This document shows positions 1 through 11,698 of a stretch of 64,000 nucleotides of DNA, one piece after another (positions within the stretch are counted from its first letter, which is position 1; each line of letters opens with the position of its first letter). The notes beneath the pieces are model-generated. The model did no database searches and was not told where the DNA came from. It saw only the letters and a list, made by a program, of their open reading frames with translations. The translations under genes and the position numbers were made by a program. This DNA is from Lama glama (lineage: Eukaryota): contig CM052850.1 in the NCBI GenBank assembly GCA_028534125.1, positions 23,994,001-24,058,000 on the forward strand, given 5' to 3'.

Positions 1-117
1 GTCGCACTGGGCATGTTTCAAGGGCTCAGTGGCTACACGTGGCTAGGGACAACTGTATGGGACAGCTCAGATACAGAACACTTCCGCCGTCACAAAAAGT
101 TCTGTTGGAGAGTGCTG
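1..117. mobile_element. MER3-like hAT-Charlie DNA transposon end
   Basis: catgtttcaagggctcagtggctacacgtggctag...gatacagaacacttcc...aaaagttctgttggagagtgctg resembles the terminal part of MER3/MER33. Confidence 0.7.
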
Positions 118-1774
118 TTCTAAGTGTTTACTTATGCAGAGTCTTAAATAATTAAAAGATGGTCCATCCTCAGCTGTTACTGGTCTCAGGTTAGACTTTC
201 CTGGTTTCTCCTGATAGAGGAGGGAGGACTGGGCTGGGAATCAGATTTGAATTTCCGTCTTGTCTGTGGTGCTGTGTGACTTGGATTTGATCACTTAACC
301 TCTCTGGGCTGTAGAGATCAAATTTGGGGACCTTTGGGAGAGGCGGTGTCCTGTCTTTCAGAATCATAGAGAGGAAGGTGAGATGTGGGCCAAAATAGAT
401 TTGTAGTGTTCCCCAGGCTTGAAGACACCATACTTGTTAGTGACAGAAAACATAAAAATGGCTGTGGTTCCTTGGACCAGACCCTAGGCATTTTCAGGGC
501 AAAACAGTGTGCAAGGAAAGATGTTTTCCTGTCTCTCTCTCTCTTTCTCCTCCTGGGCCTGTGTCCCATCTCCTGTTGCTTCACTATCTCATCTCTCAGA
601 GGAGAGGCTGGACACAATGGCCCAGAAGTTTCTTTGTACCAGATGCCTGCTTTCTGGGTCTCTGGGGGCTGCACTTGGGTTTGTCAGCACCAGGCCTGGG
701 CTGGTCACTCCCAGCTGTCCCCGCCCTGCCTCTTGTCCCCTCTCCATTGTAAATCATTGCCCTGACCACGAAGCTGATGGCCCAACCGCCCCGTCACACC
801 CAGCCACTGTGGGGAGGGGGTCAGTGTGCTCTGAACCTCGGTCATCCCCAGCAGCAGGCATCAGCTCTCACAGAAGGACCCCCATCCCCAGCCAGACCTG
901 GCTTTCTGAGCTCTGTGTCCTCACTCCAAATGACGCAGGTTAAAAACCAACTTTGATCTTTCAGGAATTGCCCGTGTAATTTACAAGGTGCTTAAGAAAG
1001 CCCTAGCACTGCAAATAGCTGAACAGGGACTCCTGATCCCCCTTCCTGGACCCCCGCTTGCTCAGCCTTCTCGCAGAATCCCTGCTAAGGCCGAGCCTGG
1101 GCGGCCAGGCAGGGAGGGGGCTCCTGGGCAGCGCGCATGCAGGGTGCTCAGGGCCAGGGCCGCTCCCCCACCTGCTGAGTGCTGGGAAGGGGAGGCTCGG
1201 CTGGTCTGAAGGGGCCTGGAGATTCCTTCTGCCCAAAGTTCTGTCCTGACAGGCACGGTGGCACCAGCCCCAACCCCGTCCGCGTGTGGGGTGCCCGATG
1301 AGACATGCCCAGAGGGGACCTGCCACCCACGGTCAAAGCCATGGGAATTCTGGGGGGAACCTTCGGCAGCGAGTGGCACCAGGAACCGCAGTGCCCGTGG
1401 GCCCCTCCCCACACCCTTCTTCCTCCTACTCCCCTAATTATTTTTCTTGGATGTTGTGAATTAAATCTTCCAGTAACCACAGGAGACATCTCTGGGTAAG
1501 GCCCTGCTCACATCTCCATGCGCCGATAGAAGTTGTTAAATGAATAATGTTGACTTGCGCTGGGGACCCAATTCTTTCTGAATATAATTCCTCTTTGAGT
1601 TCCGGGGAGCTTCCTGCAGAAACCATAAACATAATAAACACGTCTCCGTATCAGAGGTTGGTGATGCTGCTTCGAAGCCTTTTGGGGAAGAGAGGCGGGG
1701 AAGAGATAAATTAAAATTAATTTTTAAAAGAGGATCACGCCACAAGTCAGATGATCTGTCAGCTGGGATAAGGG

Positions 1775-1895
1775 GGTGGTTCTCAATGGGGGAGCCCCGG
1801 GGCACCCCCACAGGAGAGGGAGCCCGGGTTGCCTGTTGAAAATGCAAATTCCTGGGCTTCACCCCGACCCCACCCCCGAATTAGAATGTGGGTGA
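1775..1895. mobile_element. MER5-like DNA transposon fragment
   Basis: gtggttctcaa ... tgttgaaaatgcaaattcctgggcttcacccc ... gaattagaat. Confidence 0.5.
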
Positions 1896-3089
1896 TGGAC
1901 ATCACAGCTGGGGAGTGACACCTGCAGATCTGGCTGAGGAAAGTGAAGTTTGGAGGTCATGGGTTAATAGAAGGAGCAGAGGGGTGGGTTTGGAGAGCCA
2001 GCTTCCTGTCCAGGTTCTGCCCTGGCCAACTGTCACCACAGCTCTTGCGTTTCACCTCTCTGGCCTGCTCTCTGTCTGAAGCACTGCCAGAAGTGGGTGG
2101 AGGTGGCCGGAGGACTTGGAGAACCATGCCCTTCCCTCTCCTGGCTCCTCTTCCTCCTAAGATCCCAGCCAGACTGTAGGAAGGGTGAGCTTGTCACCCC
2201 AACCCATGGGCAGGGCTCCGAGATGCTCCCCCAGTCACGGAGGATGGCCGTCCTCCCTGCTGTGATAGGGGTCTGGCTCCAGCAGGCAGGGTCCCACCTC
2301 GGGAGCATCTGAGGCTGTGGCCGTGTGCCCCCGGCCCCCTGTGCCTTGGAGGCACAGTGTGTAAGCATTTCCTCCCCCAGGAGAGATGCGGGTCACCTCG
2401 AAACTACGTGGCTTCCAGCAGAGCCTGCTCACAGATGGGGTCAGGCAGCGTGGGGACTTTCCCAAGGTCACGACGCAATTTGCCGGCTGAGCCAGGAATA
2501 GAACTCCTGAGCTGGCCTGTGCTCACCCTGGGCTCAAATTGCTAGCCAGGCAGGTCTGCACGGGGAGCTGGGCGCCTGGGGAGGGAATGGAGTCCTAGAT
2601 GTGGGCCAAGGGGAGGGGCCGGGAGCTGTCACCCTGAGTCGACAGGAGGGCCAGGCTGAGAGCTTTCTCCAGTGCCCCTGTCATCCCTGGGAGAGGAGAC
2701 TAAACTCTAGGTGAGAGGCTGGTGCTGGGTGGGGCTGGCTGAGTTTGAAGCTGGGAAAGCTCTGATGGTGTGCCTCTTTGCGAGCTTCTTTTGAGGTCGT
2801 CGGGGAGCCTTAAAAACGACAGCAATGGAACCCCCGCGTTTGCTGCCCTGGCACCTCTGTGCAGAACACTGTACTTGTAGGGGGAGGGGTGGGCAGCCTT
2901 GCAGATGTAGGCTTCTGTAAGGGCTGTTAGGAAACACCCGTCCTCGTCTACTCTGGACAGGCGCTGAGCATTCTAGGAAGAGAGGACGTATATTCTGGGA
3001 GGTTCCTGGGTCCTGAGTTTATTTGGGGGCAAGAGGGATTCGTGCAGCATTTGTTGCTGATGAGGGCTTGCGTCCTCCCAGGGGCTTCT

Positions 3090-3420
3090 TAAATTCATTT
3101 AGATGAACTCAGCGAACACTTATTTAAGGGCTTGTGAGGGTCCAGAAATAAGGAAGACTGTTTTCTCTCCACCACTGGCTCAGCCTGGTCAGCACAGGAC
3201 AGAAAGGAAAGAATTCCAGTGTGTCTAGACTCTTCTAGAAAGGCCTGTGTGTGAGAGGGTGGAGACGTGGGCTGGCACCTGGATTTGTAAGTTGTGGCAG
3301 GAGAGGTGGGCACGTGAGGTCCTGAGAGGCGAAGGTGGAGACATCCAGTGGGAGAGGAGCCCGAGGAGGTGAGGTCACAGGGCAGCCCAGGAGGGGACCC
3401 TGGAAGAGGGGGCCTAGCCT
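3090..3420. mobile_element. Old L2-like LINE fragment
   Basis: attcatttagatgaactcagcgaacacttatttaaggg and ggagacatccagtgggag...gtcacagggcag segments resemble degraded L2. Confidence 0.4.
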
Positions 3421-4909
3421 TTGGTGTCTGTCAGGAGAGCACTTGTCCCGAAGCCCCTGACCTGGCCGTGGGGGCCGAGGCTGGGTGAGGGCCAGTCCTC
3501 TGCCCACATCCAACTTGTCCAATTGGCCAATGATAAAGGCAACTGGGATTTCATTGTCTGAGTGATGGTTTAGGGCTTTAATGGCAGGCGATGGATAATG
3601 AATCCAGAAATGTCAGGAGCTCTGCCATCCGGAAAGGATGGGGGTGGTGCGGGGAGAATGCAAGGGGAAGGGAGAGGAGGGTGCAGTTCTAGAGTGGAAG
3701 CTGGGTTCACACCCCAGCCTTAGCCTCCTGCGCCGAGAAGCCAAAGGCCTGGCATGCAGTAGGCACTCAGTAAATCTCAGCTCCCAGAGCCCCGCTGGCT
3801 ACCCGGTGGGGGGAAGGGGCGGGAGCAGCCTGCTGGTGCAGGTGTGGGCGCAAACCCACGGGCCCCACGGGTGTGCTTCGGCAGGGCTGTTTGATACATA
3901 AAGAACTCTGAAGGCTTTTAAATGTGCAAGGAAAATCGGGGAATGTGGGCTCCCAAATCAGTTTCTGGGGGTCCTTTCAAGTTGGCGCTGTCGGGGACCC
4001 CAGGGGCCTGGCTGGCCCGGAGCCCTGTCCAGCCCCGCCTGGCCCGGGGCCTGGGGTGACTCGCCGCCCCAGGGCTCTCCTGGGCCCGAGGCCTGTCCGT
4101 GTGGCCACTTGGGTGGGGGTCCTGGCGCCCTGTCCTCTGAGCTGACTGATAGACCGAGAAGAAAGGAAAAGCCCTCACCGGGCTGGAGGACAGCGGGTTC
4201 GTTTTTACAGAGGAGGGTTGTTCCTGAGAAGCTGAAGAGGGAACCACCCGGATTTCTGCATCTGCTGGGTGTCCGGGCTCGGAAGGCGGAAGTGTGCCTG
4301 CCCCCGGGCACATGGGGCAGGGAGCTCCCGGGCGTTCTGGCTTTCCACCCCCGAAAGGGCCACGCTGGCCTCAGGTCAGGGGTCCAGGACTGGGGTCTCT
4401 CCTGCCGCTGGTGACCTCTGGGGGCCTAGCCTCCCCGTGCCACCCCACCCTCCCCTCCCTCCTTGTCCCCTAGGCCTGCCCAGGTCACAGCTGGCTGCTT
4501 TCCAGCCCGGGGCCAGGTGGCGGGAGCCAGCGGCAGTGCTGCTGCAGGACAGGTGTGTGCCTTTCAGTGTCCTGACCTGCAGCTGCTCGGAGCCCACAGG
4601 GGCACGGCCTGCCTGCGCCCGAGGCTGGAGAACTGTTGATGGGGGTGAAAACGCAGTTGGGGGAGGGCAGTGCCAACCCCCAGCTCGAGGGCTCAGAGGC
4701 CCCGTCTGCGGGGACGGCACGGAGTGTGTTCCATGGGCTGAGCATGGGAAACGCCCCGGATGCAGAGAATGCTTGAACCTGACGGGCTTCTCTCGAAACA
4801 CCCAAGGCGAACAGCATGAAAGGGAACTCCCAGGGGATGCTGGGGGCTCTGGAAGCTTACGCCCTGCCCTGCGTCTCCCAGGACCAACCTGGGGGCTTTC
4901 AGATTGGAT

Positions 4910-5560
4910 CTTTTTTTCTTAAGTTGAGGTAAAATCCACACAACGTGAAACTAACCATTTTAAAGCGAACAGTTCAGTGGCATTTAATACCTTCATGAAG
5001 TTGTGCAACCAGCACCTCTGTCTCGGCCCAAGACAGTTTTCACCCCAACAGGAACCCTGTACCTGTTAGCGGTCCCTGCCCCGCCCCTCTGTCCCTGGCC
5101 ACCACTGATCTATTGTCCCTGTGGATGTATCTTCTGGATGGACCTTCCCGTGGATGGAATCACACACTAAGTGGTCTTTTGTGTCTGGCTTCTTTCCCTT
5201 AGAATGCTGTTTTCAAGGTTCATCCGTGCTGTAACACACTCAGTATTTGCTTCCTTTTCGTGGTTGAATAATATTCCACTGGGTGGACAGACTACATACA
5301 GGTTTTTAAAATCCACTGTCACTTGATGGACAGTTAGGTTGCTTCCATTTTCTGGCTGTGCTGAACATACTGCCACAAGCATCCATGTCCAAGCTTTTGT
5401 GTGGACACACGTTTTCAAGTCTCACTGTATTAATCCATGCTGGAGCATGTATCAGGACTTCACTTCTTTTTATGGCTGAATAATAATCCTTGGCAGAGAT
5501 GGATGACACAGTTGTTTATCTAGTCATCCGTGGAAGGACACTGGGGTGGCTGGATGATCT
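4910..5560 (-). mobile_element. L1M (L1MB-like) 3' end fragments, antisense
   Basis: Has the typical L1MB 3' signature (gaggtaaaatccaca...accattttaaagcgaacagttcagtggcatttaatacc...). Minus-strand ORFs 5167-5418 and 5306-5509 show L1-like remnants (TARKWKQPNCPS, YYSAIKRSEVLIH, MNLENSILRERSQTQK). Confidence 0.85.
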
Positions 5561-5600
5561 TCAAAAAAATTTTTTTTATTGAATTGTAGTTGATGTACAA

Positions 5601-5680
5601 TCTTTCTCTCTCTTTCTTCCTTCCTTCTTTCCTTCCTTCCTTTCTCTCTCTTCTTTCCGTCCTTCCTGCCTTCCTTTCTT
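5601..5680. repeat. (TTCC/TTTC)n pyrimidine-rich simple repeat, tail of the adjacent SINE
   Basis: tctttctctctctttcttccttccttctttccttccttcc... directly abuts the SINE 3' end. Confidence 0.85.
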
Positions 5681-5753
5681 GAGGTACAACACATTGAACC
5701 CAGGACCTCGTGCGTGCTAAGCATGCACTCTACCACTGAGCTAAACCCTCCCC
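5681..5753 (-). mobile_element. tRNA-Ala-derived short SINE (camelid Vic-1-like)
   Basis: The reverse complement reads ggggagggtttagctcagtggtagagtgcatgcttagcacgcacgaggtcctgggttcaatgtgttgtacctc. It has an A box, a degenerate B box and an AGC anticodon remnant, followed by a purine-rich tail. Confidence 0.85.
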
Positions 5754-8700
5754 TCCCAGGTCATTTTTAAGACACATCTCTGAGAAGGAAGTCCTAACTG
5801 CATACTGTCAACATTTTAAAAAAATGACAAAACCAAGAAATTTGGTGGCTCTCTCTTGCTCTCCTCCTGTCCATCCGGCTACCCACACCCTGCAGGTGAC
5901 CGACCAGTAGTACTGACCCCGAAGCCAGCATGGGGCTGTGCCCGGGGAAGGGCTGGCATGATTCTCGGAGGGTCTGTGATGCCCAAAGGCCTCTAGCCAG
6001 ACCCATGCTGCCCTGGCCCACGCCTCAGTCCCCCTCCCCCAGAATCGTGCCGGCGTGGCCTCCCTGCCTGCCCACCTGCTTCCTTGTAAAACTGTTTTAT
6101 TTGCTGCCTCCTTGCCATCCATTTCCTTCTCACACCAAATGTAAGTAATTCTCTTGAGCTCCAGCTGTGTTCCAGGCACTGTGCAAGGCTCTTTCTGGTT
6201 TAGTGTCATGTTTCGTCCTCACTTTAAAGCTTGGGAAGGGACTGTGTTGCTTGCATGTCAACAGCTGGCAGAACTGGGGCCCAGCGAGCGGGGAGGCCAT
6301 TTGCTCCGCCAGGCCGCAGCCCCTCAGGCTTAGCCCAGGGCTCTTTCCTCGGGCCCGCTCCCCACCCCACTCCCATCCCTCCCGAAGGCCAGTGGGCTCT
6401 CTCAGAAACCATGTTTTCAATTGGCTTTGTGGCTGATTCTGGAATGAGGTTGACACAAAGATGACCGGGAAGTCGTGTTTAGGAAGCGACGGTGAAGAAG
6501 TCAGCTGAGGCTGTGGGAGCTCAGCGGCTGGAGACGGTGGGCGGAGGGGGGGGGAGGCAGTTTCACCACAGCTGCCCGAGGCCTTGAATGCCAAGCCAGG
6601 AACTCAGCTGGCGCTGCTGGGACTGGAAGTACTTTCCTGCTGGGAACAGAAGCTGTGAGGACAGGTTGCTCCGGAACAGAGGGGATGTTTCTGGTTGGTT
6701 TTTGCTTACTTGACATTATTGAAACTGGCGCGTGTGCCGTTGATTTTGGCCACGTTTTCTGCCACCACCCCTCCACCCTGGAAGTTTCCGCTGCTGCCTG
6801 GGAAGGCAGAGCTGGGAGTCTGCACCCCATACCCCCTCAATGTCAGCCTGCCAGTAGGCAGGACGTGGAGCTGAGGCTCAGAGTGCTCTGCGATGTCATG
6901 AAAGCCGGCTAGAATAAGACCACTCAGGGGCATGTTCTCGCCCGGCTTTACACTGCAAATGTTGACAGTAGGAAGATGTGGCCAGGTTTCTCTCAAATAT
7001 GAAAAATGGGAACTAGGCATGTGAGTGCGGAAATGAAAACTGCCTCTCCCCCCAGCAGCAGCGTGGAGGGGGAGGTGCCTGCCAGCCCCTGGCAAGCAGT
7101 TGACTTCTCTGAGCCTCAGTTTCTTCATCCGGGCAGTGGAGTGGCGCTGCCCCAAGGGGCCCTGAGCACAGCAGGGGTTGTGTCCTCCCACAGCTGCAAA
7201 TCGGAGGTGAGCACACACGAGTGGGGAAGAAGCCCTGGGCCTTCCTTGCAAACTGTCTTCTTGCCAGAAGCTGCAGCCTGGGGGCCACTTTCCCCACGAT
7301 GACTCAGCCAGCAGCCAGGGGGAGGGACGGGTGAGGGGGAGTGGCCTGAGGCTCTGCTTACCTGGCAGGGCCCAGCCAGGCCCACCACGAGGGTGTGGAC
7401 TCCGGCCTCATGGTCTTGACCTGGAAAGGCCTTGTGACTCCCATTAAATGCCTGGGCCCCTGTGTGGGTAGGGAGCCAGGGGGGTTTGTGCTTGACCTGT
7501 GGTGAGGCCACCAGGCCAGGGTCTGCCAGTTGGTATCCTGCAGGGAACAGCAGGCGTGTTGTGGGGGTGGGGTCGCGGTCGCGGGTGGCAGAGAAGTTCA
7601 GAACTACCAGCCTCAGGACCTCCGTGGACCTCTGGCAGCCTGGGCTGCCTCCTCCAGGAGCCGCTGCCTCCCTGAGGGTCTGAGCAACCCCCTCATCCAT
7701 CCACCCTCCCCTGCCATGGCCTGGCCCCGCTGTATAAAGTTTAAAGGTTTTAAATGCAAATATTTCTCTTTTATAGATGCCAGCTGTCTCCAGAGAGCGC
7801 GTTTCCTCGCTGCTCAACTTTATTGTCCAATTAGCTTCCCATATCTGGGTACTGGAGAGCCTAGGGGGCTGGGGGGGCGTGGGGGGAGGGGAGCACTGGC
7901 TCCAGCAGCGGCTCCAGGGCTGGAAGCTGCCCCCAGGGGACTGTGTCTGGGGGAGGTTGGGGGGCCCGGGTCAGAGTGGGGAGGGGGTGGGCATCCTTCC
8001 CAAGTTTGGGGGGGCATCTTCAGATTCCAGGCAAGGAGAGGCAGGAGCTGAGCCGGGGCAGCTCATGGTGGGAGTATTCTTTTATTAAAAAATAAAAATA
8101 AAAGCAGCCAGCCCCGCGCACACTGGCTTCCTTTTAGTCCCTCTAGAGTGTCCCCCCTCCCCGCCTGCTTTCTAGCCGTGCGGCGGCTTCCCCATTCACC
8201 GGGGCTCAGCGGCTCACAAAGCGAGGCAATTAGAATTGAAAATCTATGCAAAACAGCTGTTAACTGATTGTAAAGGAGTGCAGCTGTGAGCTGGGTGCAG
8301 CTTGGAAGCCGGCGCTGAAAGGGCAGGAAATGTTGGGGCAGCCCAGGGTTAAGAGGCAAACTCCTGCCACCTCGTCCACAGGGGTCGTCTGGGCCTTAAC
8401 CCTTCCTGCTCCCTGGAGGCGACCTTGGCCACTGGACAGCCAGCCGAGATGTCGAGGCAGTGGGGACTTCCCTGGCCAGGCCTAGACGTGCCCCCCGCCC
8501 CAGTCCCTGGAGAGCTTGGCTCCTCCCTAGGAGGGCAGGCCTGGGGAGGGAAGGGGAGGGGGAAGGAGAGGGGCTGCCAGGGTTTTCCCTCCCTTTTTAT
8601 CCTTTCGGCGGGTCTGCGTGAAATGTGAGTGTGCAGAGGCCGGCTGGAGGCTGGGGCTGTGTCACTTCCCCACTGGGCACCGACTCTCTCTTGGGGGGAG

Positions 8701-9878
8701 GGGAGTCCGGGGCTCCAGTCATCACAGGGAGGCACAGGACCCCCACCCCCCCCACCGCCCCTAGCTTGCTAAGGATGCGCTCCCTGGCCCTGACCCAGAC
8801 CGTAGGGTGGCCTGGGAACCTGTATTTCGCACACTGTTCTCCCACCCCTCCTCTCCGTTATCTGAGACCCGCTGCCCTGTGCGATCTCTATCTAAGAGTG
8901 GGACGCAGTCCCTGGAGAGATGAATTCTAGAGGCAGGGATGGGAAAAGCCTTCTTGGAAGAGATAAGATTTAAGCTGGGCTTTGAAGAATGGAGAGGATT
9001 TCTGGACCAGTGATAGCTGGCTAGAGAGAGAAAGGGGACTTCAGTGTACAAGTAATGGAGGTTTGGCCACAGGGCAGGGCAGGAGGGGCTGGGGATGGAG
9101 GGGGCGTCTGGGCAGGCCCCTTGCCCCTCAGCCCTTGGTGCTCCTGGTGGTGCCCTCTGCATCAGTGGCCTTGGGGTGCGTGGACCACTCATGCAGAGGG
9201 ATGGCACAGATCCCAGGGTGCTGGGCTCTGGGTCCCTCAGTCCCCTGGAAGGGAGAATGGTTTTCAGACACTGGGACAGCCAGCAGAGATGCTGCAGCCA
9301 CCCCTTCCCCATGTATCTGCAGCAGAGGCTACGGAGAAATGTTGCTAGGTGTAGGCGACACCCCCAGTCTGGATCAGGCTTGGGGTCGAAATTGTGAGCC
9401 CTAGATGAGTCAATTAACTGTCTTGGGTCTCCTCACCGGGCTTTGTGATGGAGATCAGGAGGCCACCTTGCAGGGCCCTAGAGGATTAAGTGACAGGAGC
9501 TGAGCTGCCTTGGCACATGTTAGGTATCTGGTAAACGGCAGAAGGGAACCTCCCTTCCCACCCACACTGAAGTCCAGGTCCCTGACGCTTGTCTGCCAAT
9601 TCAGATGCTGAATGGGGTGTCTAGGGTGATGGAAAAATGATGGTGACATGCAGCCCTTATGTGCTAGGAACAGCTGGTTAGGGTGGAGGACACTGTTAGA
9701 CCATGAGTCCTGTGGATCGGTGGCAGGAAGATAAAGAACAGGACTGCAGAACCCCCTTCCCTGGTATCCAGGGCCCATCATAGACCAGGGGCTGGACCTG
9801 TGCTGAGACTCAGTGGAGGACAGTGGCAGGTAGTGCCTCCAACCCCTGGGAACCTTACTTGGCCCAGGACGGTCCCTG

Positions 9879-9900
9879 GGTGGTGGTGGTGGTGGTGGTG
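9879..9900. repeat. (GGT)7 microsatellite
   Basis: ggtggtggtggtggtggtggtg. Confidence 0.9.
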
Positions 9901-10951
9901 AGGGGTAAGTTGCCAACCCGCCCTCCTGTCTTCTCAATTCCTTGCTGCCTCAAAGTACCCCTCCTATCAGCACCCTCCCCCTTGGGCCTGGCATTTTCAG
10001 TTGTGTATCTGGGAAGGCTAGTGTGTTTGCTGAGTGACAAATGTCCACCATGTTGGTTAGAGTCAACCCTTTCTTCCCAGGAGATCCCTTGTCAGTCCCG
10101 GGCTTCAGTGGGTAAGTTTAACAGGCTCCTGAGGCTTTTCCTTAACTGAGGGCTTTTTCATGCCTTTGGCTGGGTAGGTTTCCCAAGTCCCAAGCTCCTG
10201 GATGTGGGCTGGATTTCACAAGGACGCACCTGAGTAAGTGCTCAGAGCCAGGTTGAGGGCCTTCTGACCCCTGCTTCCTGCTCCAGGAGGCACTGTTCAC
10301 TGACCTGAGTCTGGGGGTGCGGGCAGGCACTTGCCAGCAATCTATCGCCTCTGGTGAGCAGGGTCATCAGGGCAGGTGTCCTCAGTCTGGGAAGTGTCCC
10401 CCTACAGCCCCCCATAGGATTGGCCCCAGCCTTGGGTAAAACTTGCCCTCTTACACTGGACCTCCTCTTTCTGCCAGGTTTCCAGGCATATGGGAATGAG
10501 GGAGAGGAGTGCAAGGAGGGAGCACTTTGCCAAGGAAGAACTCACGACTGGCTGCGGGGTGGGAGCTGCCGAGGAGGAGAAAGAACACGCCTGGAGGGAA
10601 ATGGAGGGTGGCCAGCCTGAGATTAGGAGTCAAGCTACAAACCTCGTTAGTGAGGAGTGCGCGGGCTGCGGGAGAGCAATTCCCACCCTTAAGCTCGGAG
10701 GCCAGCTCCCGGATTACTAATTTCCTCCGGCCGGGCGCACTGACAGTGAGTGTCATCCATCTCCCCCGTGCCAGCCCGCCTGGTGGCTGCCAGCATTTTC
10801 TAGCCAGGGCACGCACAGCCAGCTCGCTGCTGCCTCCCGGCGGTCGCTGGGGTTGTCTGCAGCTCCCAGCCGCCTCCGCCGGCTGTGCTGCGAACAGGGA
10901 GACTCCAGGTGCGAGCAGTTCCCAGCCAGAAACCATCGCAACAGTGCCTAC

Positions 10952-10999
10952 GTGACCTTGAGCAACTCTGGCCTCAACTTCCTCATCTTTGAAATGGGG
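10952..10999 (+). mobile_element. MIR core fragment
   Basis: gtgaccttgagcaac...gcctcaacttcctcatctttgaaatgggg matches the MIR core. Confidence 0.7.
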
Positions 11000-11519
11000 C
11001 TCAGATTGCCCGTCTCGCAATCCAGTGTAACCAGATGTCTGCAAGAGAGGGATCGGCCAGTTCTAAAAAGTAGCCAAATGATAAACCGCAGTGGCCACCC
11101 CACAGATTTTTTGTTCTACCATTGTGATCCTTCTCAAACAGGTGGAAGAACTTGACCTTTCCCCAACACCACCACCGGGGGCCCCCCAAAGAAGAAGGGA
11201 AATAATCGCGAGTCCATGTCCTGGTGTGAGAGATTTGGAGGTTGGGCCTGGGTGTCCAGACTGGAGGCTGGGCTGGGAGGAGACTCCTGGGCAGGTGCGA
11301 GTTGTTTCATTTGCAAGTTACTCCCCTCCCCCCACAGCCTGTAATCTAGGTGGGAAAGGGCTGGAACCGCCCCCAGAGGTTTTTAATTTTGTTTTTCAGG
11401 CCCTAGGCCGGTAGTTGGTCTCTCAACTCCTCCCTCCCCTCCCCCCACCCGAGACTCTAGACCGGGATGGAGGCACCCCTTCCCCCACGTCCTGGCCGCC
11501 AGGGCCGCGGTGAATATGC

Positions 11520-11698
11520 CGGCCACTGCTGGGGATAAATTACCGGAGGCCGCGCTGCGGAGACACCGTGTGGTGCCTAAATTAACAGCGTCGGGCAGAG
11601 GCCTAGGCCCCCTGGAGGGAGGCTAGGCCCGGAGCGAGGCGGGTGGTGGAGGAGAAGCGCCCCTCCCACATGGTGCCAAGGCCGGCCAGCGCCCGCAG
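11520..11698 (+). other. GSE1: Candidate alternative upstream first exon of GSE1
   Basis: Donor-like CAG|gtagga at 11699 at the 5' edge of the CpG island, about 1.9 kb upstream of coding exon 1. This fits my recollection of a human isoform with an upstream non-coding first exon. The 5' boundary is a guess. Confidence 0.4.

Noticed and set aside
5167-5509. Minus-strand ORFs resembling the L1 ORF2 C-terminus
   Set aside because: These are short, frameshifted relics of an old L1, not an active element or host gene.
5681-5753. Possible functional tRNA-Ala genes (also at 20782 and 59938)
   Set aside because: The acceptor and T stems are broken, the copies are diverged and they have retroposon-type tails, so they are SINEs rather than tRNA genes.
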